Assembly (NCBI GenBank): GCA_964016885.1
Contig: OZ024755.1
Span: 43,276,001 to 43,340,000, forward strand
DNA from: Eledone cirrhosa
Lineage: Eukaryota
Length of the DNA: 64,000 bases
Direction of reading: 5' to 3'
The notes beneath the pieces are model-generated. The model worked only from the letters and a program-made list of their open reading frames with translations, was not told the origin of the DNA and searched no databases. Shown here piece after piece: positions 45,001 to 57,610 of the stretch. The translations under genes and the position numbers were made by a program. Every line of letters begins with the position of its first letter. Positions within the stretch are counted from its first letter, which is position 1.

Positions 45001-48000
45001 GTTGGGTGTGGGGGTGGTTATGTGCTGTGTGTGATGGTGGGGGTGCTGGGTGTGGAGGTGATTATGGGCTGTGTGTGATGGTGAGGGTGGTGGGTGTGGA
45101 GGTGGTTATGGGCTGTGTGTGATGGTGAGGGTGCTGAGTGTGGAGGTGGTTATGTGCTGTGTGTGATGGTGAGGGTGCTGGGTGTGGAGGTGATTATGTG
45201 CTGTGTGTGATGGTGAGGGTGTTGGGTGTGGAGTTGGTTATGGGCTGTGTGTGATGGTGAGGGTGCTGGGTGTGGAGGTGGTTATGGGCTGTGTGTGATG
45301 GTGAGGGTACTGGGTGTGGAGGTGTTTATGGGCTGTGTGTGGAGGTGGTTATGGGCTGTGTGTGATGGTGAGGGTGCTGGGTGTGGAGGTGGTTATGGGC
45401 TGTGTGTGATGGTGAGGGTGTTGGGTGTGGAGGTGGTTATGGGCTGTGTGTGATGGTGAGTGTGTTGGGTGTGGAGGTGGTTATGGGCTGTGTGTGATGG
45501 TGAGGGTGCTTGGTATGGAGGTGGTTATGGGCTGTGTGTGATGGTGAGGGTGTTGGGTGTGGAGGTGGTTATGGGCTGTGTGTGATGGTGAGGGTGTTGG
45601 ATGTGGAGGTGGTTATGGTCTGTGTGTGATGGTGAGGGTGCTGGGTGTGGGGGTGGTTATGTGCTGTGTGTGATGGTGAGGGTTTGTGTGTGGAGGTGGT
45701 TATGTGCTGTGTGTGATGGTGAGGGTGTTGGGTGTGGAGGTGGTTATGGGCTGTGTGTGATGGTGAGGGTGTTGGGTGTGGAGGTGGTTATGTGCTGTGT
45801 GTGATGGTGAGGGTGCTGGGTGTGGAGGTGGTTATGTGCTGTGTGTGATGGTGAGGGTGTTGGGTGTGGAGGTGGTTATGTGCTGTGTGTGATGGTGGGG
45901 CTGCTGGGTGTGGAGGTGATTATGGGCTGTGTGTGATGGTGAGGGTTTGTGTGTGGAGGTGGTTATGTGCTGTGTGTGATGTTGAGGGTGTTGGGTGTGT
46001 AGGTGGTTATGGGCTTTGTGTGATGGTGAGGGTGCTGGGTGTGGAGATGGTTATGGGCTGTGTGTGATGGTGAGGGTGTTGGGTGTGGAGGTGGTTATTG
46101 GCTGTGTGTGATGGTGAGGGTGCTGGGTGTGGAGGTGGTTATGGGCTGTGTGTGATGTTGAGGGTGTTGGGTGTGGAGGTGATTATGTGCTGTGTGTGAT
46201 GGTGAGGGTGCTGGGTGTGGAGGTGGTTATGGGCTGTGTGTGATGGTGAGGGTGTTGGGTGTGGAGTTGATTATGGGCTGTGTGTGATGGTGGGGGTGTT
46301 GGGTGTGGAGATGGTTATGGGCTGTGTGTGATGGTGAGGGTGTTGGGTGTGGAGGTGGTTATGGGCTGTGTGTGATGGTGAGGGTGTTGGGTGTGGAGGT
46401 GGTTATGGGCTGTGTGTGATGGTGAGGGTGTTGGGTGTGGGGGTGGTTATGTGCTGTGTGTTATGGTGAGGGTGCTGGGTGTGGAGGTGGTTATGGGCTG
46501 TGTGTGATGGTGGGGGTGCTGGGTGTGGAGGTGATTATGGGCTGTGTGTGATGGTGAGGGTGTTGGGTGTGGAGGTGGTTATGTGCTGTGTGTGATGGTG
46601 AGGGTGTTGGGTGTGGAGGTGGTTATGTGCTGTGTGTGATGGTGAGGGTGTTGGGTGTGGAGGTGGTTATGTGCTGTGTGTGATGGTGAGGGTGTTGGGT
46701 GTGGAGGTGGTTATGGGCTGTGTGTGATGGTGAGGGTGTTGGGTGTGGAGGTGGTTATGGGCTGTGTGTGATGGTGAGGGTGTTGGGTGTGGAGGTGGTT
46801 ATGGGCTGTGTGTGATGGTGAGGGTGCTGGGTGTGGAGATAGTTATGGGCTGTGTGTGATGGTGAGGGTGCTGGGTGTGGAGGTGGTTATAGGCTGTGTG
46901 TGATGGTGAGGGTGCTGGGTGTGGGGGTGGTTATGGGCTGTGTGTGATGGTGGGGGTGTGGGTGTGGAGGTGGTTATGGGCTGTGTGTGATGGTGAGGGT
47001 GCTGGGTGTGGAGGTGGTTATGGGCTGTGTGTGATGGTGAGGGTGTTGTGTGGAGGTTGTTATGGGCTGTGTGTGATGCTGAGGGTGCTGGGTATGGAGG
47101 TGGTTATGGGCTGTGTGTGATGGTGAGGGTGTTGTGTGGAGGTTGTTATGGGCTGTGTGTGATGGTGAGGGTGCTGGGTGTGGAGGTGGTTATGTGCTGT
47201 GTGTGATGGTGAGGGTGCTGGGTGTGGAGATGGTTATGGGCTGTGTGTGATGGTGAGGGTGTTGGGTGTGGGGGTGGTTATGTGCTGTATGTGATGGTGG
47301 GGGTGCTGGGTGTGGAGGTGATTATGGGCTGTGTGTGATGGTGAGGGTGTTGGGTGTGGAGTTGGTTATGGGCTGTGTGTGATGGTGGGGGTGCTGGGTG
47401 TGGAGGTGGTTATGGGCTGTGTGTGATGGTGAGGGTGCTGGGTGTGGAGGTGGTTATGTGCTGTGTGTGATGGTGAGGGTGCTGGGTGTGGAGGTGGTTA
47501 TGGGCTGTGTGTGATGGTGAGGGTTTTGGGTGTGGAGGTGGTTATGGGCTGTGTGTGATGGTGAGGGTGCTGGGTGTGGAGGTGGTTATGGGCTGTGTGT
47601 GATGTTGAGGGTGTTGGGTGTGGAGGTGATTATGTGCTGTGTGTGATGGTGAGGTGCTGGGTGTGGAGGTGGTTATGGGCTGTGTGTGATGGTGAGGGTG
47701 TTGGGTGTGGAGGTGGTTATGGGCTGTGGGTGATGGTGGGGGTGTTGGGTGTGGAGGTGGTTATGGGCTGTGTGTGATGGTGAGGGTGTTGGGTGTGGAG
47801 GTGGTTATGGGCTGTGTTTGATGGTGAGGGTGTTGGGTGTGGGGGTGGTTATGGGCTGTGTGTGATGGCGAGGGTGTTGGGTGTGGAGGTGGTTATGGGC
47901 TGTGTGTGATGGTGAGGGTGTTGGGTGTGGGGGTGGTTATGGGCTGTGTGTGATGGCGAGGGTGTTGGGTGTGGGGGTGGTTATGTGCTGTGTGTGATGG

Positions 48001-48904
48001 TGAGGCTGCTGGGTGTGGAGGTGGTTATGGGCTGTGTGTGATGGTGGGGGTGCTGGGTGTGGAGGTGATTATGGGCTGTGTGTGATGGTGAGGGTGTTGG
48101 GTGTGGAGGTGGTTATGGGCTGTGTGTGATGGTGAGGGTGCTGGGTGTGGAGGTGGTTATGGGCTGTGTGTGATGGTGAGGGTGCTGGGTGTGGAGGTGA
48201 TTATGTGCTGTGTGTGATGGTGAGGGTGCTGGGTGTGGAGGTGGTTATGGGCTGTGTGTGATGGTGAGGGTGTTGGGTGTGGAGGTGGTTATGGGCTGTG
48301 TGTGATGGTGAGGGTGCTGGGTGTGGAGGTGTTTATGGGCTGTGTGTGATGGTGAGGGTGGTGGGTGTGGAGGTGGTTATGGGCTGTGTGTGATGGTGAG
48401 GGTGCTGAGTGTGGAGGTGGTTATGGGCTGTGTGTGATGGTGAGGGTGTTGGGTGTGGAGGTGGTTATGGGCTGTGTGTGATGGAGGGGGTGCTGGGTGT
48501 GGAGGTGGTTATGGGCTGTGTGTGGAGGTGGTTATGGGCTGTGTGTGATGGTGAGGGTGCTGGGTGTGGAGGTGGTTATGGGCTGTGTGTGATGGTGAGC
48601 GTGCTGGGTGTGGAGGTGGTTATGGGCTGTGTGTGATGGTGAGGGTGTTGTGTGGAGGTTGTTATGGGCTGTGTGTGATGGTGAGGGTGCTGGGTGTGGA
48701 GGTGGTTATGGGCTGTGTGTGATGGTGAGGGTGCTGGGTGTGGAGGTGGTTATGGGCTGTGTGTGATGGTGAGGGTGTTGGGTGTGGAGGTTGTTATGGG
48801 CTGTGTGTGATGGTGAGGGTGCTGGGTGTGGAGGTGGTTATGGGCTGTGTGTGATGGTGAGGGTGCTGGGTGTGGAGGTGGTTATGGGCTGTGTGTGATG
48901 GTGA
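1..48904 (+). repeat. 44-bp tandem satellite, roughly 1,100 units, consensus TGTGTGATGGTGAGGGTG(C/T)TGGGTGTGGAGGTGGTTATGGGCTG; runs off the left edge of the window
   Basis: Unit read directly (e.g. 1-44) and repeated without interruption; only point variants and short indels (1, 2, 6, 20 bp). Consensus is 24 G, 14 T, 4 A, 2 C. Confidence 0.99.
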
Positions 48905-49262
48905 CACCCTCACCATCACACACAGCCAATAACCACCTCCACACCCAGCACCCTCACCATCACACACATCCCATAACCACCTCCAGACCCAGCACCCTCA
49001 CCATCACACACAGCCCATAACCACCTCCACACCCAGCACCCTCACCAGCACACACATCCCATAACCACCTCCACACCCAGCACCCTCACCATCACACACA
49101 GCACATAACCACCTCCACACCCAGCACCCTCACCATCACACACAGCACATAACCACCTCCACACCCAGCACCCTCACCATCCCACACAGCCAATAATCAC
49201 CTCCACACCCAGCACCCTCACCATCACACACAGCACATAACCACCTTCACACCCAGCACCCT
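48905..49262 (-). repeat. Inverted block of the same 44-bp satellite (8 full units + 6 bp)
   Basis: CACCCTCACCATCACACACAGC...CCACACCCAG repeats every 44 bp from 48905 to 49262 and is the reverse complement of the main unit. Confidence 0.98.
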
Positions 49263-49491
49263 AGTCTCACCACATACATGCCACAATGTCTATGAAACAG
49301 CTCCCCCCCCCCTGTAACTCACCCCGCACCTCTCTTTACTATAATCCCTCCCCCACCAATCACACATACCAAAACATTCTTTATACCAAAACCACCAATT
49401 GAAACAAACTAAAACTGACCACTATAAATGAATGTGAACCATTATAGACCTTTCTTAGCCCTACAGGTTCATTTTGTCATTACCACAACAG

Positions 49492-49553
49492 CAGCCTGAT
49501 GAGCTGTTTATTCCAGAGTCGGGCTAGATCAAAACAGATCAAACCTTGAGCTG
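49492..49553 (+). ncRNA. Possible decayed hammerhead ribozyme
   Basis: CAGC-CTGATGA (49496-49502)-GCTGTTT...AAACAG stem, then CAAA in place of GAAA, no clean UH site, closing GCTG pairs with CAGC. Core is broken. Confidence 0.25.
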
Positions 49554-49634
49554 ATCAGTAACAAAATACACGTCACTACTTAATAAACGTAATGAAGACA
49601 TCACAAATCATCCTTTTATTATTATCATATATAT

Positions 49635-49712
49635 AGGTTGACTTTGCCTTTCATCCTTACGGGGTCGATAAAATAAAGTACTAGTAATGTTGCCTAAAGT
49701 AGAAACAATTAT
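49635..49712 (+). mobile_element. SINE fragment (central domain plus 3' end)
   Basis: GGTTGACTTTGCCTTTCATCCTTACGGGGTCGATAAAATAAAGTAC...GCCTAAAGTAGAAACAATTATT matches the reverse complement of the longer copy at 61346-61520. Confidence 0.75.
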
Positions 49713-49743
49713 TATCATATATATATATATAATATATATATAT

Positions 49744-50126
49744 AGTAATAATAATAAATTTGAAGACTAAAATCCAAAGAGGGCTCTATAAGGATAAATA
49801 TATATCAAATATATAAGAACCGTAGAGCAAATATTTATTAAAATAACAGATTAAAGTTTAAGCAAAGAATCGCTGCTTTCACCTTTAACAGGATCTTCTG
49901 AAACTAACAAAGTCAATCTGTGGATATTTAAAAAAACGTTGCAACCGGAGGAAGACAGGAAGACGATACTTTGGTTCAGGAGTTTTAGGTATGTTTACCT
50001 GCTTGGTACGGGTATTTCCTTTGTAGAAATATTCAGATGTTGTTTCTGCATGATGAATATAAGTCAATAGAGTGCTCAACCGAGGGAGCCAAATTCTTTG
50101 CTTAAACTTTAATCTGTTATTTTAAT

Positions 50127-50129
<3 letters not shown>
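49744..50129 (-). mobile_element. (TA)n-embedded element, family E/A, with 37-bp inverted repeats; Penelope-like pLTR candidate
   Basis: Arms 49834-49870 and 50093-50129 around a 222-bp spacer; 49744-49904 is a close copy of 51281-51440; TA tracts on both sides. Confidence 0.6.
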
Positions 50130-50157
<28 letters not shown>

Positions 50158-50824
50158 TAAGCAAGATATATGGTAGGTCGTATGTGAATCGCGATGATCA
50201 CGTTTTTATATATATCCTTAAAGGCTCTCTAAAATTTTAATTCTTCGAAGGGTCTCTCGGAGGAAGTTCCTATTAAAAATATTAAAGGAGCCTTTTCTGA
50301 GAGATTTATAGAAGGCTCTTCGAATTAACCTTTAAGTGATTAGTTTCTTTCAACTTAGTAGGGAATATCAAAACTCCGTAAGTTTTCAGAAATTTGTAAA
50401 CATGATCTCGGGGGAAGAAAGTTTTTTTGGGGGGGAAAAAATTTTTTTTCTCTCGAAGGAATTTCATAGGAAACTTTATATTTTTTAGGGAAACTTTATA
50501 TTTTTATTTTTTATTTTATTAGCCTCTTAATTTCTTCTAGTCTATTAGGCTTACTGGAGCCTGTAAGCTTTATGCACTTATTGAGGGATTTTTTAAGGTG
50601 CTTCTACGGGATCCCAAGTCTTTTAGTTTACTGTTAATGCGTAAATTATATATTATCTAATTTTTAACCTTCAATCCCTGACCCCGACAACTAATATAAA
50701 AGAGCCCCCTTAGAATATAGACCCCAACTATACAAGCGGAGCTGCTGATGTATACCACAATTTCAAACTGCTAGCCTTGAGTGATACGTTGATGTAAATA
50801 ATGATCCTACAATCACATGTTATA

Positions 50825-50871
50825 TGCCTTGAAAAGTCCCACCATATGGTCGGACGAAACGGCTGTCGGCA
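50825..50871 (+). ncRNA. Type I minimal hammerhead ribozyme, U3-A8 core variant (family F)
   Basis: Helix I TGCC/GGCA; core TTGAAAA (50829-50835); helix II GTCC-c-ACCA-ta-TGGT-c-GGAC; GAAA (50856-50859); helix III ACGGCTGT (self-complementary with G-U); GUC site with C17 at 50867. Confidence 0.8.
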
Positions 50872-50938
50872 ATAAACTCGTTATAATGTCATAATAGTTC
50901 CTTTGTTCTTTTTCACTAATATATATATATATATATAT

Positions 50939-51249
50939 AAGAACAAAAGATGGTTAAAAGAGTTCCATGTATTTTATTATGCGCATTTCAAAAACAAAAT
51001 ATCATCATGCAATAATATTTGTGTTTTCATCAGATAAAACAGGAAGACATGATATGAAGGTTTTATCTGATGAAAACACAAATATTATTGCATGATGATA
51101 TTTGTTTTTGAAATGCGCATAATAAAATACATGGAACTCTTTTAACCATCTTTTGTTCTTATATATTATGTATACTCCAGTCCTACAAACTGTAGAGTGC
51201 TTCTTATCCGATATCTGCATTGCTTTATTGTACTACAATAAAACTCACC

Positions 51250-51252
<3 letters not shown>
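50939..51252 (+). mobile_element. Palindromic hammerhead-bearing element in (TA)n (family B); Penelope-like inverted pLTR candidate
   Basis: Arms 50939-51040 and 51060-51160 differ by a 1-nt indel, 19-nt spacer, then ~90-bp unique tail ending at a TA tract. Confidence 0.75.
51061..51127 (+). ncRNA. Type I minimal hammerhead ribozyme (family B); mirror copy on - strand at 50972-51039
   Basis: Helix I TTTTAT/ATAAAA; CTGATGA (51067-51073); long helix II AAACACAAATAT.../...ATATTTGTTTTT; GAAA (51110-51113); helix III palindrome ATGCGCAT; AUA site with A17 at 51121. Confidence 0.78.
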
Positions 51253-51623
<371 letters not shown>

Positions 51624-51965
51624 GGAGGCACATGGCTTAGTGGTTAGAGCATTGTCCTTGCAGTTGAAAGGTTGTGAGTTTAATTCTCAGACCGTGTGAT
51701 GTGTTGTTTCCTTGAGCAAGACACTTCATTTCACATTGCTCCAGTTTACTCAGCTGTAGAAATGAGATAGGGACTGGGGTCCCTATCATTCCACTGCAAA
51801 GTGGTCGTGGAGGTGCCACGGCAACAAAGCACCCAGCACTCACTGTAAATGAGGTTGGTTTTAGGAAGGGCATCCAGCTGTAGAAATCAAGCCACCATCA
51901 GTTCCCGTCCCACCCTTGCAAGCAGGGAAAAGCGGACGTAAAATGAAATGAATGAATGAATGAAT
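51624..51965 (+). mobile_element. Near full-length tRNA-derived SINE with RTE-type 3' tail
   Basis: A-box TGGCTTAGTGG (51633-51643), degenerate B-box GAGTTTAATTC (51676-51686), central TCCTTGAGCAAGACACTT and TAGGAAGGGCATCCAGCTGTAGAAA motifs, 3' 40 nt shared with the LINE end at 54651-54690, (GAAT)n tail. Confidence 0.85.
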
Positions 51966-51981
51966 ATATATATATATATCT

Positions 51982-52205
51982 TCATCATCATCATCTTCGT
52001 TTAACATTCATTTTCCACGCTAGCATGGGTTAGACGGGAGTTGTCCCACTTGAGGTAAGGTTAGTCGGGTGACCATGTCTCGCTCATATAGGACTATCTG
52101 GGGGGTTTTCTAAGCTGGATGCCCTTCCTAACACCAACCACGTTTACAGTGTGGAACTGGGAACTTTTTACTGTGTTACCTACATGGCCACATTACAGCG
52201 TGGAC
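51982..52205 (-). mobile_element. SINE/LINE 3' end with (GAT)n tail
   Basis: Minus strand reads ...TAGGAAGGGCATCCAGC...CCGTCTAACCCATGCTAGCGTGGAAAATGAATGTTAAACGAAGATGATGATG; the same tail occurs at 63610-63665 on +. Confidence 0.7.
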
Positions 52206-52419
52206 TGTGTGTGATTTTTGTCGTGACATCTACACGATCTCGATCTCATTATCTCATTTATTTGGACTGAATGTTGTGGTACCAACTATACAGAGGGAGG
52301 GCGATGTTGGTGGGAGTGGGAGGATAGAGTAGGGTTAGTGGATTGGGGTGTATATTTGGTTAAGAAGTGCCTACTGACTGTAGGTTTCGCTTTGTACATA
52401 GGCAAGGCGGGTCTTCTGC

Positions 52420-54617
<2,198 letters not shown>

Positions 54618-54643
54618 TATATATATATGTGTGTGTGTGTATA

Positions 54644-56564
54644 ATCATCATCATTTTACGTCATCTTTTCTCTGCTTTCAAGGGTGGGACTGGTCCTATT
54701 CAGCACAGCATCTCTCCATTTATCAGGGTCCTTCATCATTCCCTCTGTGAGCTTCAGCGATCTGAGGTCTGCTCTCACCACCTCCACCCATGTTTTTCGT
54801 GGTCTTCCTCTACTGTGTCTTCCTTCTACTGGGATTTCTTGGCACTTCTTTACCCAGTGGTCATCCTACATGTGCATCACATGTCCATACCAATACAGTC
54901 TTCTCTCCTGCACACTACAACTTATCCCTCTTATACACGGTTTCTCTCTCAAATCATCTATGCTTGGTTATTCATGCACATTGACATTGAACGGAGCATG
55001 CTTGCTTCATTTCTCTCCAGCCGTTGCATATCCTCTGCAGTTGCTGCCCATGTCTCACTACCATGCAGCATCACGCATCTCACACAGGCATATATAACCG
55101 TCCTTTCGTACGCAGGGAGAAACCCTTCATTGTCAACAGAGGAAACAGCTCCTTAAACTTCTTCCATCCCTTCTTTATTCTAGATACTATGGCCTCGGAA
55201 TACCCCTCTCCCATGCTAATCTGATCACCTAGGTATTGGAAGCTATCAACCACCTCTATAGATCCTACCTGCATTTGAAAAATGTGTCTATCAATGCGAC
55301 TTCTACTATCAATTTTCCCTGTACATCTACTACATAGAAAGTTTTCCTTTCCTGTTAGTTTACCTGCTATCCCACTATACCTCTTGTATACACAAGATCT
55401 GCATTGTGTACATTCTATACAGTTTATGCCAACTCCTTTTCTACATATTGCACATGGCCATTTCCCTGATGGAATCAGAGTTTTGTCCTCTTTCCTACTT
55501 ATCAATACTTTAGTCTTTGCTAAGTTCACTCTCAGTCCCCTTGATTCCAACTGCTGTTTCCATAGCCAGAATTTATTCTCTAGCTCCTCTACTGATTCTG
55601 CTATAAGTACCAGATCGTCAGCAGAGAGAAATTCCCATGGACAGCCAGTTTAAAACTCCTCTCTTATGGCTTGGAGAACTATAATGAATAAGAGTGGGCT
55701 GATGCACTCCTACTTGTATCTGGAATTCCTCACTAAACTCTATTCCTATTCTCACTTTACTGACAGCACCCCTGTACATAGCTTGCACTGTCCTTACAAG
55801 CCATTCTTACACCTAGTTTCCTTATGGACCACCAGATGACAGATTGAGGTATTCTATCAAAGGCCTTCTCTACGTCAACAAAAGCTAAATATTGTGGCTT
55901 ATTCTTCACTAAGAACCTCTCTTGTAGTTGTCTTACTAAGAAGAGGGCATCTGTTCTACTTTTCCCAGGCACAAAATCAAACTGCATCATTCTAATTTGA
56001 CCCTTGCTCTAATTAGTTGTGCTAGCACTCTTTCTGTCACTTTCATAACCTCAATTTTATGCCCCTAAAATTGCTCTTCTCCAGAACAACCCCTTTACCT
56101 TTGTAGCAATTTATGAGAATACTGCTGCACCAGTCTTTGGTTATGACTCCGCCATATATAACTTGATTGACTGTATGTGTAACTAGTTTAGTTCCTACTT
56201 CTCCTGATGCCTTCAGCATCTCAGCAACTATTCCTGATGGTCCAACTGCCTTACCACTTTTCATTTCTTTAATTGACCCTATAGCCGTCGTCCTCAATAG
56301 CTGGTCCCTCTGTTGGGTCTGTTGGGGGTAGTTTCTCTCTCTCCCATTAATTCTGAACATTCATCAGTCTCTCATAATGAGATTTCCAGGCTTCCTTTTT
56401 CTGAGCATCAGTTACACTAAGTGCTCAGCATAATTTCGGACACACTTATCTCCAACAACATCCTGATTTACACTGACACACTGCCTTGCAATGTGGAACA
56501 CCTCACACTTCTGATCCTTGTGTCACAAAACATTGGCAAACCTCCTACTCTCAACTTCCCTGAG
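54644..56564 (-). mobile_element. Decayed, 5'-truncated RTE-clade LINE with intact 3' tail, copy 2
   Basis: Minus-strand fragments QDVVGDKCVRN, KKEAWKSHYERL, GKAVGPSGIVAE, NFRGIKL, AFVDVEKAFDR, SADD (YADD mutated), GRPRKTW; ends in GACGTAAAATGATGATGAT. Many stops and frameshifts. Confidence 0.92.
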
Positions 56565-56745
56565 TATATATATATACACATATATATATATATTTTGAGT
56601 ATATGTTGGTTGTTTACCGACACCTCAGTATGCAGATTGGAGCACTCGACGAAGTACGCAGGTTGGTTTGTTTACTCCGGAGTAATGTAAAATAATTAAG
56701 TCAAATATGTAAAATTTGGCTTCGTTTATTATAAATTATAGATAT

Positions 56746-56800
56746 ACTGCTATATATATTTCGGTGACAGCCATGATTGGCTGTGACCTCTTCAGGCAGT
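56746..56800 (-). ncRNA. Type I minimal hammerhead ribozyme (family D, minus-strand copy)
   Basis: Minus strand: ACTGC-CTGAAGA-GGTcACAGCCA-atca-TGGCTGTcACC-GAA-ATATATAT-A-GCAGT; helix I ACTGC/GCAGT, palindromic helix III ATATATAT. Confidence 0.85.
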
Positions 56801-56962
56801 CCGAATTGGTGTGGTAGAGACAGGTATGAGGAACTGGAATCATTTATGATTCCAGTTCCTCGGAGGAATAACAACACAACCAGGAGCTGGACATATCAAT
56901 GTATTGACGGAGTAAAACACACTTCAACAACATGTGTACCTGTCTCTACCACACCAATTCGG

Positions 56963-57017
56963 ACTGCCTGAAGAGGTCACAACCAATGATGGCTGTCACC
57001 GAAATATATATAGCAGT
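56963..57017 (+). ncRNA. Type I minimal hammerhead ribozyme (family D, plus-strand copy)
   Basis: ACTGC (56963-67), CTGAAGA (56968-74), helix II with one extra mismatch, GAAA (57001-04), helix III ATATATAT, A17 at 57012, GCAGT (57013-17). Confidence 0.82.
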
Positions 57018-57093
57018 ATATCTATAATTTATAATAAACGAAGCCAAATTTTACATGTTTGACTTAATTATTTTATATATATATATATATATA

Positions 57094-57195
57094 CGAGGTG
57101 GGTCAGAAAAGTTCCAGGACTGATGTCACAAAAGATTTATTTCAAACCCAAACTTCACACTAAGAGTTTTCTCCTTCAAAGTAATCCCCCTGGAA
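57094..57195 (+). mobile_element. Tc1/mariner-like terminal fragment
   Basis: Follows TA and begins CGAGGTGGGTCAGAAAAGTTCCAGGACT, later CCTTCAAAGTAATCCCC; resembles mariner ends from recall; no partner TIR seen. Confidence 0.45.
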
Positions 57196-57383
57196 TATGT
57201 AACTGTAATCTCTGCTCTCTGCAGCGATCAAACTTTTTTCTTCATAATTTTATATAAAAATGTTTTCCAATTTTTCATGCATTACATTTTTCATTGAGTA
57301 ATATTGAAATGCAGAGTTTTTCTCCATAAATTATATCACTGATTTAAAATCAATCATCATTTTCTTACAAAAAAAATGTGTGA

Positions 57384-57411
57384 AACGCAGCAAGCGGGTA
57401 ATTTGGCTAGT
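57384..57411 (+). mobile_element. Possible Helitron-like 3' end
   Basis: Small GC hairpin CGC-AGCAA-GCG followed about 10 nt later by CTAG then T; hairpin is weak. Confidence 0.35.
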
Positions 57412-57526
57412 ATATATATATATAATAGTAATGAGAGAAAGACACATAAAAAATTATGTCAACTCTACCTTTTACATATATATATATATATATATATATG
57501 TTTATACATACATATATATAATAAAT

Positions 57527-57545
57527 ATGTGTGTGTGTGTAGCTC

Positions 57546-57608
<63 letters not shown>
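57527..57608. repeat. (TG)n microsatellite in two runs, each followed by TAGCTCC
   Basis: Direct reading. Confidence 0.96.

Positions 57609-57610
<2 letters not shown>

Larger units (their letters stand above)
56593..57075 (-). mobile_element. Palindromic hammerhead-bearing element in (TA)n (family D); Penelope-like inverted pLTR candidate
   Basis: 139-bp arms 56688-56826 / 56937-57075 (3 mismatches seen), 110-bp spacer with a nested 16-bp hairpin, ~95-bp tail at 56593-56687. Confidence 0.78.

Noticed and set aside
1-48904. Canonical telomere
   Set aside because: The unit is 44 bp, not TTAGGG-like, and the G-rich strand points toward the unique DNA, opposite to a left-end telomere. Rare TTAGGG hits are point variants.
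1023-49020. Dozens of 60-96 aa Gly/Cys/Val/Trp-rich ORFs (GCGGGYGLC resembles structural proteins)
   Set aside because: They are translations of the 44-bp unit, which is not a multiple of 3. TGA stops recur in every frame and ORFs appear only where indels or point variants skip a stop.
1-49262. CRISPR array
   Set aside because: No unique spacers, no cas genes, eukaryotic context.
49885-50079. 64-aa minus-strand ORF as a Penelope RT or GIY-YIG remnant
   Set aside because: No recognisable RT or GIY-YIG motif.
50160-50820. Coding remnant upstream of hammerhead F
   Set aside because: Homopolymer-rich with frequent stops; no ORF or motif could be supported by eye.
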